A stretch of 64,000 nt of DNA from Octopus vulgaris. Taxonomy: Eukaryota. Every line of letters begins with the position of its first letter. Position 1 is the first letter of the stretch. Under the pieces are notes generated by a model, which ran no database searches, was not told the origin of the DNA, and worked only from the letters and a program-made list of their open reading frames with translations. The position numbers and the translations under genes were made by a program. The stretch spans positions 4,836,001 to 4,900,000 of the forward strand of contig OX597818.1 of the NCBI GenBank assembly GCA_951406725.2. Reading direction: 5' to 3'. Of this stretch, positions 53,560 through 64,000 are shown piece by piece.

Positions 53560-54474
53560 GAGGAAAAGTAGATATAAATGTGCCTCTGTGTTTTTAGATG
53601 GCTAAATTGACTCTTCTACGTAACTGATGCTTGTGTGTGTGAGTTTGAGAGCGTGGTGAAGGGTGTATACGATTTAATTGTATGGTTCTACATGTAAGTT
53701 TGTATGCAGCATGTATCACGCACGCGTGTGTGTGTTTATGTAATTTTATCGGTTAAGTATTTTTATAATTTCTCGTGAACTATCTTTTCTGATGGAAATG
53801 TTACAAATTTTCACACATGCAACTAATATACATTTGATACAATTACAAAAGTAAACAAATAAATCTATATCCGTGATGGATTGCATAATTTACCTGGCAG
53901 TATACTGAATCTACATCAAAACATCTTTAAATCGGTTGACTTTTTATTATGGAATCTATAGTAACATTTCGATTAGAAGCTTTGAAACAGTTAACTTTGT
54001 GTTGATATCTTAATACATTGACGAAAACAGGATTTCATATATGCGGGATGTCACGACCTTTATATTGAAGCACGCGGTTCCATACAAATTCAGATATAAC
54101 ATATGCGGTTTTACAAGCGTGCTAAAACCAGAGTTCTTTGAGAATTTACATGGACAAACTCTATTTACTCTGTGTAGATTTATGGACATGACACAAAAGC
54201 AACTTTAATAGACATGAACGATTCTGAGATTCTATTCAATTTGGTTATACTGCACAGTAATCTGAAAATAAGCATAAGTAACTGGAAATAAAGGCAAATG
54301 TTTAAAATATAGGTACTATATATAGATAACTTTCATTACATTCATCAGTTATTCTTCTTATCTACAAAGCTAGATTCACACCTCAAAAAGTGTGAAACGA
54401 TTATACCTACCTACCTACCTACCTACCTACCTGCCTACCTACCTAAATACCTACCCACTTGCCTACCGAATTAC

Positions 54475-54521
<47 letters not shown>

Positions 54522-54755
54522 GTAAGCATAAATGTATTTATATATGTATGTATTTATGTATGTATGCGTGTGTGTGTGTGTGTGTGCGTGTGTGTGCATG
54601 CGTGCGTGTATGTATGTATGGATGTATGCATGTACGTCATTATTCAATTTTATATCAGGATTTCTTGCCAATAGAGAAATAATTTCTAACTTAGAGCTAA
54701 GGCTCCTTTATTGGAATTTTAACATGAACAGGGTATTTTTGTATGTATGTATGCA

Positions 54756-55797
54756 TTGGGTTATCACAAAAATAATGCAGTTTTTTCAATCGCATGAGCT
54801 AAAAGTCGGAGGTGGACGGGATAAACTACTTGCATGAACTTGCAGGTAGTAATTTTACATGGTCCTTATTCTTAGAGCAAATTTTGAAGAGTGCAGTTCG
54901 ATTTTAACAGTTTGTTTTCAAAGTTATAATGGAAGTGACAAAGTATCATATTCGGCATATATTGCTTTTTGAGTTCAATAAAGCAACAGCGTAACGGAAA
55001 GTGCGAGGAATATTAATGCAGTATATGGGGGTCGGACAATAAGCGTAAGCCCGTGTCAACAGTGGTTCCAGAAATTCCTATCCATAAACTACAGCCTAGA
55101 AGATGAGACTTGTCCTGGAAGATGTGTAGAGATCGACGAAGACGTCCTGCAAAATCTGGTGTAACACAATCCCATCGTAACTGTTGAGGAACTAGCAGAG
55201 AAGCATGAATTTGGTCATTCAACCATTTATCGACACCTGCCATCGGAAAGTCAGCAAATTGGGTGAATGGGTTCCTCACAAACTTTCCGAGTCTAATCGC
55301 ATGCAGAGAATGAATGAATGCTCTTCTTTGCTGTCACGTCTCCGAATGAACCTTTTTTGGACCGAATAGGGACTGGTGACGAGAAATGGGTTGTCTATAA
55401 AAGTGTTAAGCGCCGAAGACAGTGGGTAGGGAAAGAAGAAACGCCGTCAACCCAGGCTAAAGAGAGTCTTCGCGCACACAAGGTGTTGTTATCTGTTTGG
55501 TGTGATATGAAAAGGTTATTCCACTTTGAACTTTTAAACCCAGACCAAACAATAACAGAAGAGAGCAGCCTAAGCGACTTAAGTCAGCGCTTGAAGAAAA
55601 ACGACCATTTTAGGTTTCAAGGCGACAGTTGTTCTTCCATAAGGATAATGCTTGGCCACATTCAGCGAGGAAGACATTCAAAAGGCTGAAGTAGTTTGAA
55701 TGGAAAACGATGTCCCACCAACCATATTCGCCGGACATTGCCCCATCTGATTATCATTTATTCCGCAGTCTTCAAAATCATTAGGACGGGAAAAATT
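54756..55797 (+). mobile_element. mariner DNA transposon, same family as 24213-25117, 3' end missing
   Basis: 5' TIR ttgggttatcacaaaaataatgc; WVPH, FLDRIGTGDEKWVVY, HKVLLSVW, YSPDIAPSDYHLFRSLQNH; frameshifted. Confidence 0.92.
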
Positions 55798-55799
55798 AT

Positions 55800-56120
55800 A
55801 CTTAAGGGACTATAGCATTCACGTTAGAAGGGACCAACCTCCATACTCTCTGGAAGAAGATGAGCTGTGAACTTTATTCTCCTGTCTGTATTCTCCTATC
55901 TGCTCTGTATTCTTCTATCTTTTATCATTTTATTCCTTATAAACTGTGAATTTGCCTGTCTAGAACTTTCATACCTACTCACCTTGTCTCTGATGACATG
56001 CTAGCCTATCACTTGGGATATCCCAGAAATAGCTGTAAGACTTCAAATTCACCTTACCCTAATTAAATATTCTAAATGACTTGAGAGACTAGTCCTGCCT
56101 TGGTTTTTGTTATCCTTTCC
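55800..56120 (+). mobile_element. Penelope-type terminal fragment with a hammerhead motif
   Basis: Related to 33545-33930. Ends gccttggtttttgttatcctttcc followed by (TA)n, and replaces the mariner 3' end. Confidence 0.55.
55986..56041 (+). ncRNA. minimal type-I hammerhead ribozyme motif (atypical stem II)
   Basis: gtct-CTGATGA-(17 nt)-tgggatatccca-GAAA-tagctg-TA-agac. Stem I gtct/agac, near-palindromic stem III, GUA triplet. Confidence 0.65.
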
Positions 56121-56335
56121 TATATATATATATATATATATATATACAGTATATATACACATATAAGTACACTTCCATATACTTAATCCTTATATCCAAC
56201 TGACCATGTATGCCCTATTCCAACACCGAATACTGCGTTATAAACCTCGTGACATCCGCTCATATAGGCGCTTGGTGCATTAAAGCACAAATATAAAACA
56301 CAACAGATGAAATTTGTCTGTTATGGGCGCCGGAA

Positions 56336-56381
56336 TTCTCATATCACGTGATTTATTTCTATTGACTTTCATCAGTGAGAA
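56336..56381 (-). ncRNA. degenerate hammerhead ribozyme motif
   Basis: Minus strand ttctca-CTGATGA-aagtcaatagaaa-TAA-atcacgtgat-A-tgagaa. 6-bp stem I and perfectly palindromic stem III, but G12 and stem II are mutated. Lies downstream of a PLE-like C-terminus (QRLPFGIN). Confidence 0.5.
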
Positions 56382-57411
56382 GCACCAGATGACTGCATGG
56401 CAATCAAATCTCTTTTTCAGATGCTGATGTCGCAAATAACCAGCAGCCTTATTAAAAATACATTATTAACGAAGAAAGCACTATTAATACCGAAAGGTAA
56501 TCTTTGGATCCTACTAAACATGGATGCCTTGTTTGAACACCATACATGCACATATATATACTTAAGTAATTGTTTTTTATTTGTACATGTGCGTGTGTGT
56601 GTGTGTGCGTGTAAAATTGCACAAACGAAACAAGAAAGATAAGGAACGAGCTGCTGGACAACGTGAGCGATTGCTACAGACAGATAAAATGTAAACACAA
56701 TTGACAAATAAACACACACACACACACACAAATTAGGTATAGAGTGAATTGAAGTCACAGTGAATTGAAGGCCGAAGAAAAAGGAAAAGAAATGGAAATT
56801 GACTAGTGTTTCGGGTGAACCCTTTATATAAGTTGAGTAAGAAGTAAGATAAAAGAAACTAGAAAATAAACGATATCTGTTTGAAGTACGTATATATCAT
56901 TCGACTATATGCTTTTGTAGAATGTGCGTCTGACCGTTTTATATATATATATGAAGAGACAAATGATGGATAAGCACGTACGTGTGACATTATGCCATTT
57001 ATACAATTTACAAAAGATGTAACATAAAAGTAACCATAAATATATTTGGCGAAGAAAAAATACATTCCTTGACACCTGTTTTAAAAGGTTAGTGAGTAAT
57101 TGATGTAGTAATATGTATTACGAAAACGGCTGCGCAGTCCGTTACAATGACAAACATCGGACAAGTAGAAAATATTATCAATCCATAAACATGAAACATT
57201 AATATGTTTATGCAGGAAGCAATGAAGCGCCGAAGTTTCTCTTCAGGGGTGGCAAAATGCGAATTGTATAGTAGTACACCGATATCTAATAGCATAGAAA
57301 CCTCGAAAGAAAAGAAAAGACAGAGAAAGAGAATTGTTAGTAATGATGAGGTGGAAAGAGCGATAGGAAGAAAGGTCGTGCGATCGAGTGAAAGATGATG
57401 TAGACAAAAGT

Positions 57412-57416
<5 letters not shown>

Positions 57417-57478
<62 letters not shown>
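57417..57478. repeat. (GA)n microsatellite
   Basis: Direct inspection. Confidence 0.97.
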
Positions 57479-58249
57479 TAAATGAAAGATATGAATAGAA
57501 AAAAATGAAAGAAGGAAAAGAAAAAATGTAGAGAAAAGATGAAAGGACTATAGTCAGTAAAATCAAATTGGTCGAGACATTTCTTAAATCTATGTTTGAG
57601 GAAAACAGAGTAGGGACAGAAGATCAAACCGAATTTATTTTCTCAAACAATTTTTTAAGTTCCATATTTGATAAAGGAAGTCGTAAATTTCCACGCTGCA
57701 TTACTTCTGCTTGGTTTCTGTTCTGAACGAAAATTTAAATTACTGCACTGAAAACATTAACAAAATAGATGGGTTTCAACCCACAATATAAGACATTCCA
57801 GTCACTACATTGTAACTATATTTCAACGAAGCGTTGCTTTTCCAGTAGCATTTTTACTACCGGTTCGTTTTACCTCAACGATAATCTCCTGTAAATCATT
57901 TCTTTTTTGCTTACAAATGGATTTTCCCCCAGTCAGAAATCATGTTAATATTCCCAAAATCTTCCCTCAATCATTGTAAATGTGCACACTAGTTCCGCAG
58001 ATTATCATCTGTAAATAATTATTCATTAATGGAAATTGGTAGAACTCCCCACTGCCAGACCAGCTTGGGGAGTTACCAAATATCATGAAATAAAAAGCGG
58101 TTTAAAAAAAAACGTACTTATCTATATCAAATGCGGCTGAGTTCTGATCGAAACACGCTATATAAATGGTTGTCACTGTTATGGAGTTTTAATTGTACTG
58201 TTAAATGTTTCCACTAAAATGCAGTATTGACATTTGAAGTTCGTTTGAT

Positions 58250-58620
58250 TTTAGTTTGGCCGTCCTCCCGGACGCTTCAGTGAGTTCACACGAGCACGTC
58301 ATATATCACGGTCCCCCATGCATATTCTTAATTCGTCAACATTTGCTATTCCACTGTCCTGAAGCAAGTTATCCACATTGGTTACACGTTTCTTCCCCTG
58401 TTGATTCTTTCTTCAACTGACTGGATAATAAGTCCAGTTGACACAGGTTCTTCTGAATGTCTGACGCAATAAACAGCAACTCTTACTCTTCTCTGCTGAA
58501 TTATCCCAGCCACTTTGAGAAGATCTTGATAAAGCTGCTTGTTGGTTAAATGAGCTCTCCATGTAACATTCAGAACCATTCTTATCCCGGCGTTTTGACG
58601 TGCAATATCAAACTAATTCT
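58250..58620 (-). mobile_element. RTE-like LINE 3' end
   Basis: RMVLNVTWRAHLTNKQLY..IQQRRVRVAVYCVRHSEE...NRGR is the typical RTE C-terminus. Confidence 0.75.
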
Positions 58621-58624
58621 TCCG

Positions 58625-61250
58625 TCTCTATATTTTTCAACGTCTAGGAGTATGTCACTTACTTCAAAAACGATGCACTCTACATCTTACCAGATGTTCT
58701 GATTTGGTGTGACTAAAATCTGGCATACGACAATAAAGAACGTACAGCAGACTATCAAGCCCTAGCAATTTCTCCTTCGTGCAACCAGCCATCACGACTA
58801 TATTTCATCAGTTGTCATCGGCCTTTCATAGAACCCTGCATCGCGAGGCGTTAGCCGTAGCCAGCAACCGAAGTAAGTAGCAAAGTTCACTCCAGTCTTT
58901 GATCCACCCTCTTCCTTAAACAAATATGCCAATTGTCACTTAAAAACCCACACTTCTGCTTGGAATTGAGTAGCAAGTACCCCTCTTGATCTATCAAAGA
59001 CCGAGTTATGGCTTTGTTGCCGCGTTGCACTTCTGTCAACTGGATCATTAAACGGCTTTTGCTCTTTCAGCATGTCAATCTTCGTGTTTATTGTTGAGGG
59101 ATCGGTCAAGAGCCTTCTCACTGCCAGTAACTGTTGGAATACCTTTTCTAAGCCCCTATTCTAGGTTACTTACTTGCTCTTTCTGCTCTTTAGAATTCTC
59201 TATCATTAATTCCCCACTAAGCTGTATCGAGTCTTATCTAATAGTCCGTTTACAGGGCTAACTGGTATTTATTTTTTGGAGAATTTCCTTTAGCAACTGT
59301 TTCTTGTTCCCTAATCAGGCCGCTATAATTTTGTCACGCTGGGAAAGACGTGTTCGGTTTCCAGTAACAAGGTCCCTTCTATGAAGCCTATCTAGAAAAA
59401 CCATACGGATCACAAATTTGTAGTCCGTGTAGCCAACTGCTTTGACGGCTGAATAACCTATGCTACTCTTATGTTCAGAATGATCTCTCTAAATGCAAAA
59501 TGGATGACCCGTTGCTATTTGCCTACGTCTACATTGGCGCATTCGGGAAATCCAGTCGGTAATGTAAGCCAGTTGGAAATGCATGAACAGGTTTCTCGGG
59601 CTTTTGCACCTCTTTCTTATGAACCAACTCCACGCAATGCAACGTGCATCAAAGACGGCCTTCAAATTGCCCAGTAGCAACAACAAGGATGCTTTCAGCA
59701 AAACGTCCAGACACTTGAATAAAATCGACTGCTCCGCTCCAGTTGTGTCATACAGGGCGACTAGTGTAAATACACCAATGCCGTCCGGGTACAAGTAATT
59801 CGACCGTATCTGAAGGTTCAGACCTTTCTGAAACAGCATCGCTAACCTGGCCCTTTATTTCGCTCGGTGCAAGAAATACCTGCAGATGCTAAAAGTTGGT
59901 GCTAAGGCACATGTATTTGAAATCCTGGTCTGGGTGATAGCTATCAAAACCACACCTACAGATCTGAGGTCATTGAGCAGGTGACCTTGCTTCCAGAGTG
60001 GTCCCAATCCACAGGTATTTATATACCCCGCCCTCAGAGTAGTCATGTTGGTAAAAAGAAAAAGTGGAGACATGGTTACTTACTATTTAGTGGTCCCAGA
60101 GACTGAGTGACTCTGTCGCTATGGAACTTTTGAGGTTCCTTTGTGAAACTTACTGCTGGTCCTACGCCCGGACTTCTTAGATCTGTGGAGAAAGTCTACC
60201 CCAACATTTTGAGTCTCCACGTCTAACCTTAATAATTCAAATTTTGGGGAGTTTAGGAAGTATGCACTTGAAGATCCCTTTTTCTGATTCATTATTTATG
60301 TTTTTCCTTCGAAGTTAAGTTGTTTTGTTTTTTTGTTATTGTTATTGAAGATAATGTGGGATTGTTGTTGTTTCTCAACTTATTTGTTGGCGTGTTTTTC
60401 CTTTTTCGGTTTTTTTGTTTATTACTTTTTGCCATTTGGTTCTTTCCATGTCACCTTCTCTACACTACGGGTTTGAGTGGCTGTAGATGAAAAAGCGCAT
60501 GTTTTGGGAGTCATTGTCTTCTTGTTCTTTTGTTGTTGTCTGGAGTGCTTTCAGTTGCTGCTAGTCCTGGCGATATGCTGGCTCTTGAGGGCAGCGTTTC
60601 TTTTGTTGTTTTCTTACTGCTGCTTCTACTGTTATTGTTGCTATTTCTGTTGTCACTGTTCCTAGTGATTCTACTACTATTACTGCTGCCTTTACGCCTG
60701 ATAATTTTATTGTTACTCTTGCTGACATTGTCGCTGCTGTGGACGTATACTGCTATTTGTGCTGCTGCTTCACCCTTGTTTGCTATGGAAGGAAAGCCTT
60801 GAGATGGTTTGTATCTCGACACAAGTGATAACTTGGCTCTATGCCCTCAACTGCCGCCGACAATTGTCAACCACTAGGGGAATTGATGAGATATGGGATG
60901 GCTTCCATACTTTTTTGCTTCGTGTTTTTCAGCCAGTTTTTTCTTCTGTATTCTCTGGTTTTGACCTCTACATCGAAGAGGACCACCGCCACAAACCAGA
61001 AAATGTTAACTTTTGGTAATGTTTATTCTCACTACCTTTCGGACGAGGTAGATTGGTGTGGGAAGAAGTTCGTCACACTTTAGGGCTGTTAAGGTGTGCA
61101 TTATAGCCTCATCCTCGGAAATCACATTTTCTGCCCTTTTGAATTTTCCCCCGAGTTACGAACATTTTGTTACCCCATATTAGTCTAAGTTACCTTTCTA
61201 TCTGCTATTGTATCGCTTGCTCTATTTTCTCGTCTTCTCAATCCTATACA
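58625..61250 (-). mobile_element. L1/Tx1-clade LINE: ORF1 remnant + ORF2 endonuclease, degenerate
   Basis: MTTLRAGYINTCGL (ORF2 start ~60047), AITQTRI, LLLGNLKAVFD, GPCYWKPN. Upstream are a Q/N-rich segment and an eroded zinc knuckle, VEGIEPSYHLCRDTNHLK. Similar to 16246-17075. Confidence 0.75.
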
Positions 61251-61897
61251 TGTGTAAATAATAGTTTTGCTGGATGGATTATGACATATCTAAGAATACA
61301 TTTCGGCCATGTCTTGGAAACATAACTCGATCATGCCTTGGAAGGGTTATTATGGTTCTGCGCTAGAAAAGCAGTAACGGCTCAATGTGTTTGATCGCAA
61401 TGTTTGGATCTTTTACTGTGATGGTGTTGATGGTGGCGGTGTTGGTATTGGTGGTAGTCACCGTTCTGTTGCTAGAATTTGCAGGTATGTCGAAGTAGCA
61501 GTTAATTTTTCTGTTGCGCTCTTTACATTGTTGTTGTATTTATTTGCATTGTGTTGTTGTTGTTGTTGTTTTAGTTGGCACTGGTGGTGGTGCTATGGTT
61601 TAACAAGTGGAAGGTAGTTTTGACACAGACATTCTAATATGTTACTAGAATCCCTTGTGTTTCTGTCCAATCATTCGCTGTCATACATTTTAAGGCTCAA
61701 AAAGAAATGAACAAATTTCACAAAATTAATCACAAATTCCACCCCGAAGGGCAAAAATACATTGGAACTGAGAAGCTCCTTAGGATCATTGGGATTTACG
61801 AAACGCAACCCCAAACTATTGTCCATAGTATCTTGAATGACAGTTAAAATGAAACAACACGAACGAGCTACGCGAAGTGACCACAACAAACTACTAC

Positions 61898-61933
<36 letters not shown>

Positions 61934-61949
61934 TAATAATAATAATAAT

Positions 61950-62160
61950 AAGCCATTCTATTCTAGTCGCAAAGCCTGAAATTTTGGGATGTAGCCTTGG
62001 CGATTACATGAACTCCATTGCTCAATTGGTACTTATTTTATCAATCTCAAAAGGATGAAAGGCAATGGCAACTTCGGTAGTATTTGATCGCAGAACGTAA
62101 AGAGCCGAAAGAAATGCCACTGAGCAATTTGTCCGACGTGCTGATGATTCTTCTAACAAT
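61950..62160 (-). mobile_element. SINE family B with a (TTA)(TAG)n tail at 61891-61950
   Basis: Minus strand gttagaagaatcatcagcacgtcggacaaattgctcagtggcatttc...gttgccattgcctttcatccttttg..aaataagtacca..aaaatttcaggct. Confidence 0.75.
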
Positions 62161-62246
62161 TATTACAAAAAGTATGCAACGTACACATATATACATACAT
62201 TTATATGTGTATTTATACGTATATTCTTACTTAAATGTACACAGAC

Positions 62247-62296
<50 letters not shown>

Positions 62297-63739
62297 GTGA
62301 ATATGTGTGTATAAACGCCAACAATTTCTAAAATATCCAATTATTGTATAAAATAGAAGAAAATTTCAATGTTTAAAATATGTTAATTTCTGATAAAATT
62401 CATATAGAATCACAGTGTTAGTTTTCTATGCATACACTTTAAATATTTTTTTCAAATATTTTCTTCGTTTACTGAGAGTGAAAAGAATTCTGTCTTACAT
62501 TTAAATTATTTGTAAGCATCCACAATTTTCTAGCGATAAACATCCCTATGAATATAAACTTGAAGAGAACTGTGCGAAATTAATAATAAATAAAATCAAA
62601 ATAGAATTCTTTAAATAGTATTAACAAGAAGCAATAAATCAATTAACAAAATCATGTGTAAATCTTTGAAATTCAAAACAAAGAACCAACATTGAATATC
62701 GAATTCTGTAAACTAATTAGTGTCCTGCTCGAATATATAATAATATAATTAGCATGTGCTGAGATGAAAATTATTCGAATTTGTGCAGAAATCACAAAGT
62801 AAATTCGAATTTTGATATCATTGTATATCCAATTATTATATGATATTACGCATTTCTAAAGAAATCATAGGTGTAATTTTGGTGTCGCTTCATATTTTGC
62901 CCACATTTATGTATTGCTCAGAAAATCTGATATTATTTGATATCAATTTATATAAAATGCAGTATATCAAGTGGTAATAAATATTTTTTTATGATTAGAG
63001 ATAATTTACTATTTCACCCACTATACAAAGACTGAACTTTGAACATATACAGTTTCTGGAATAGAATATATAAATCTGAACAAGCTCAACTAAGATATAA
63101 AATAGAAACGAGTGAAATAACGCATATACGCGCGCAGTTTCTTGACCAGTTAAAAATCAACAAACGTCAATAATAAAATAATAAAAATACTGCATCGGTT
63201 AGTCATGTACACGCAGACTTACACACACACACGCGCGCGCGCGCACACACACACATACACACAGAGAAAATCGAGATGTCATTTATCATAGTTCTTAATT
63301 AGAACTAATCTAGCTTAATCACAATCAAAGCTTCTACAAGCATACGATGATTATTTGCATAATATATATTAGCAATGCATGCATTAGAACATGGGTGAAT
63401 TTAACTCAATAAATCAAAACCTTGAAGGAAATTAATGAATAAATTACAATAGGAAACAATTTTATTTAACGATATTCTATTATATGAAACACAGTGTAGT
63501 CAGTAAAAGTAACATCGTATATATAATAAAAAGCAACATTGAAACCTTTTCATTCAGCATCTGGAAATTTTGAAAGGTCAGTTCGAGGAATTCTTTTCCA
63601 TATTGTAAAATATTCAAGTTCAAATGAAGAAAATATCCTGTTGAACTTTCGTTTCAACTTTCAAGTCAAGTTTCGGTACCATTTAGCATAACTTTTGTTA
63701 CATTCGAAAAATAAGTACCTAAGATTGGTTGGCAAAGTG

Positions 63740-64000
63740 CTGAAATATTTTATGCCCTCCCAACTACCACATATCTCCTTATCGGCCGCTGCAACACAGA
63801 AACAGTCATTTATGAAATAGTAGTAACGTCAAAGAACACAAAGAGTAGTATGTGGGTGTGAAACAAGGTCTGTTCACAATCAGATTCAACGACCATAAAT
63901 CCACATTGAATATCCAGGTGCGATGCAGTGTCACAGCTCAGGCAAGACATGTATGGTCGTTGATAGAAAGCGCCACAGAAAACAATATAAATCTTGAAGA
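63740..64000 (+). mobile_element. Penelope-like GIY-YIG endonuclease fragment, runs off the window
   Basis: LIGRCNTETVIYEIVV...YVGV..LFTIRFNDHKST......ARHVWSL. Confidence 0.75.

Noticed and set aside
56795-56840. Additional hammerhead-like fragments (56800-56835 minus; also ~505-535, 28555-28590, 57225-57250, 58130-58160 and 61290-61345)
   Set aside because: Each keeps only GAAA plus one stem, or only CTGANGA. They are too degenerate to call without family consensus sequences.
61671-61850. Minus-strand ORF (..FLPFGVEFVINFVKFVHFFLSLKMYDSE) loosely resembling a nuclear-receptor ligand-binding helix
   Set aside because: The plus strand is equally open, no compatible neighbouring exons were found (the candidate at ~62499-62569 is out of phase), and the region may be a decayed MITE. 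An HMM search would be needed to revive it.

Overview
This is an AT-rich eukaryotic genomic window with no confidently identifiable host gene. It is almost entirely decayed transposable elements and microsatellites. The two abundant tRNA-derived SINE families and the (TA)/(CA)/(TACA)/(TATC)/(TAA) microsatellite load resemble Octopus genomes; this is recalled, not database-checked. Retroelements: at least 7 R4/Dong-clade RLE non-LTR copies, mostly ending in (TAA)n; about 9 Penelope-like (RT/GIY-YIG) fragments; a Mag-type Gypsy element with a 5' LTR and PBS; two L1/Tx1 copies; several RTE relics; and a Hero-like RT fragment. DNA transposons: a Tigger/pogo transposase relic, two same-family mariners and two foldback MITEs. 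The strongest non-coding signal is a set of minimal type-I hammerhead ribozyme motifs (CUGAUGA..GAAA with a palindromic stem III) in Penelope-type termini, at 33602-33654(-), 55986-56041(+) and 56336-56381(-), plus more degenerate copies. Other notable features are a (TAA)n insertion hotspot shared by SINE tails and Dong elements, a ~550-bp unclassified TAA-associated repeat bracketing a Dong copy, and a 14-bp motif repeated six times in 750 bp. Most ORFs in the supplied track are microsatellite artefacts. All element boundaries are estimated by eye.
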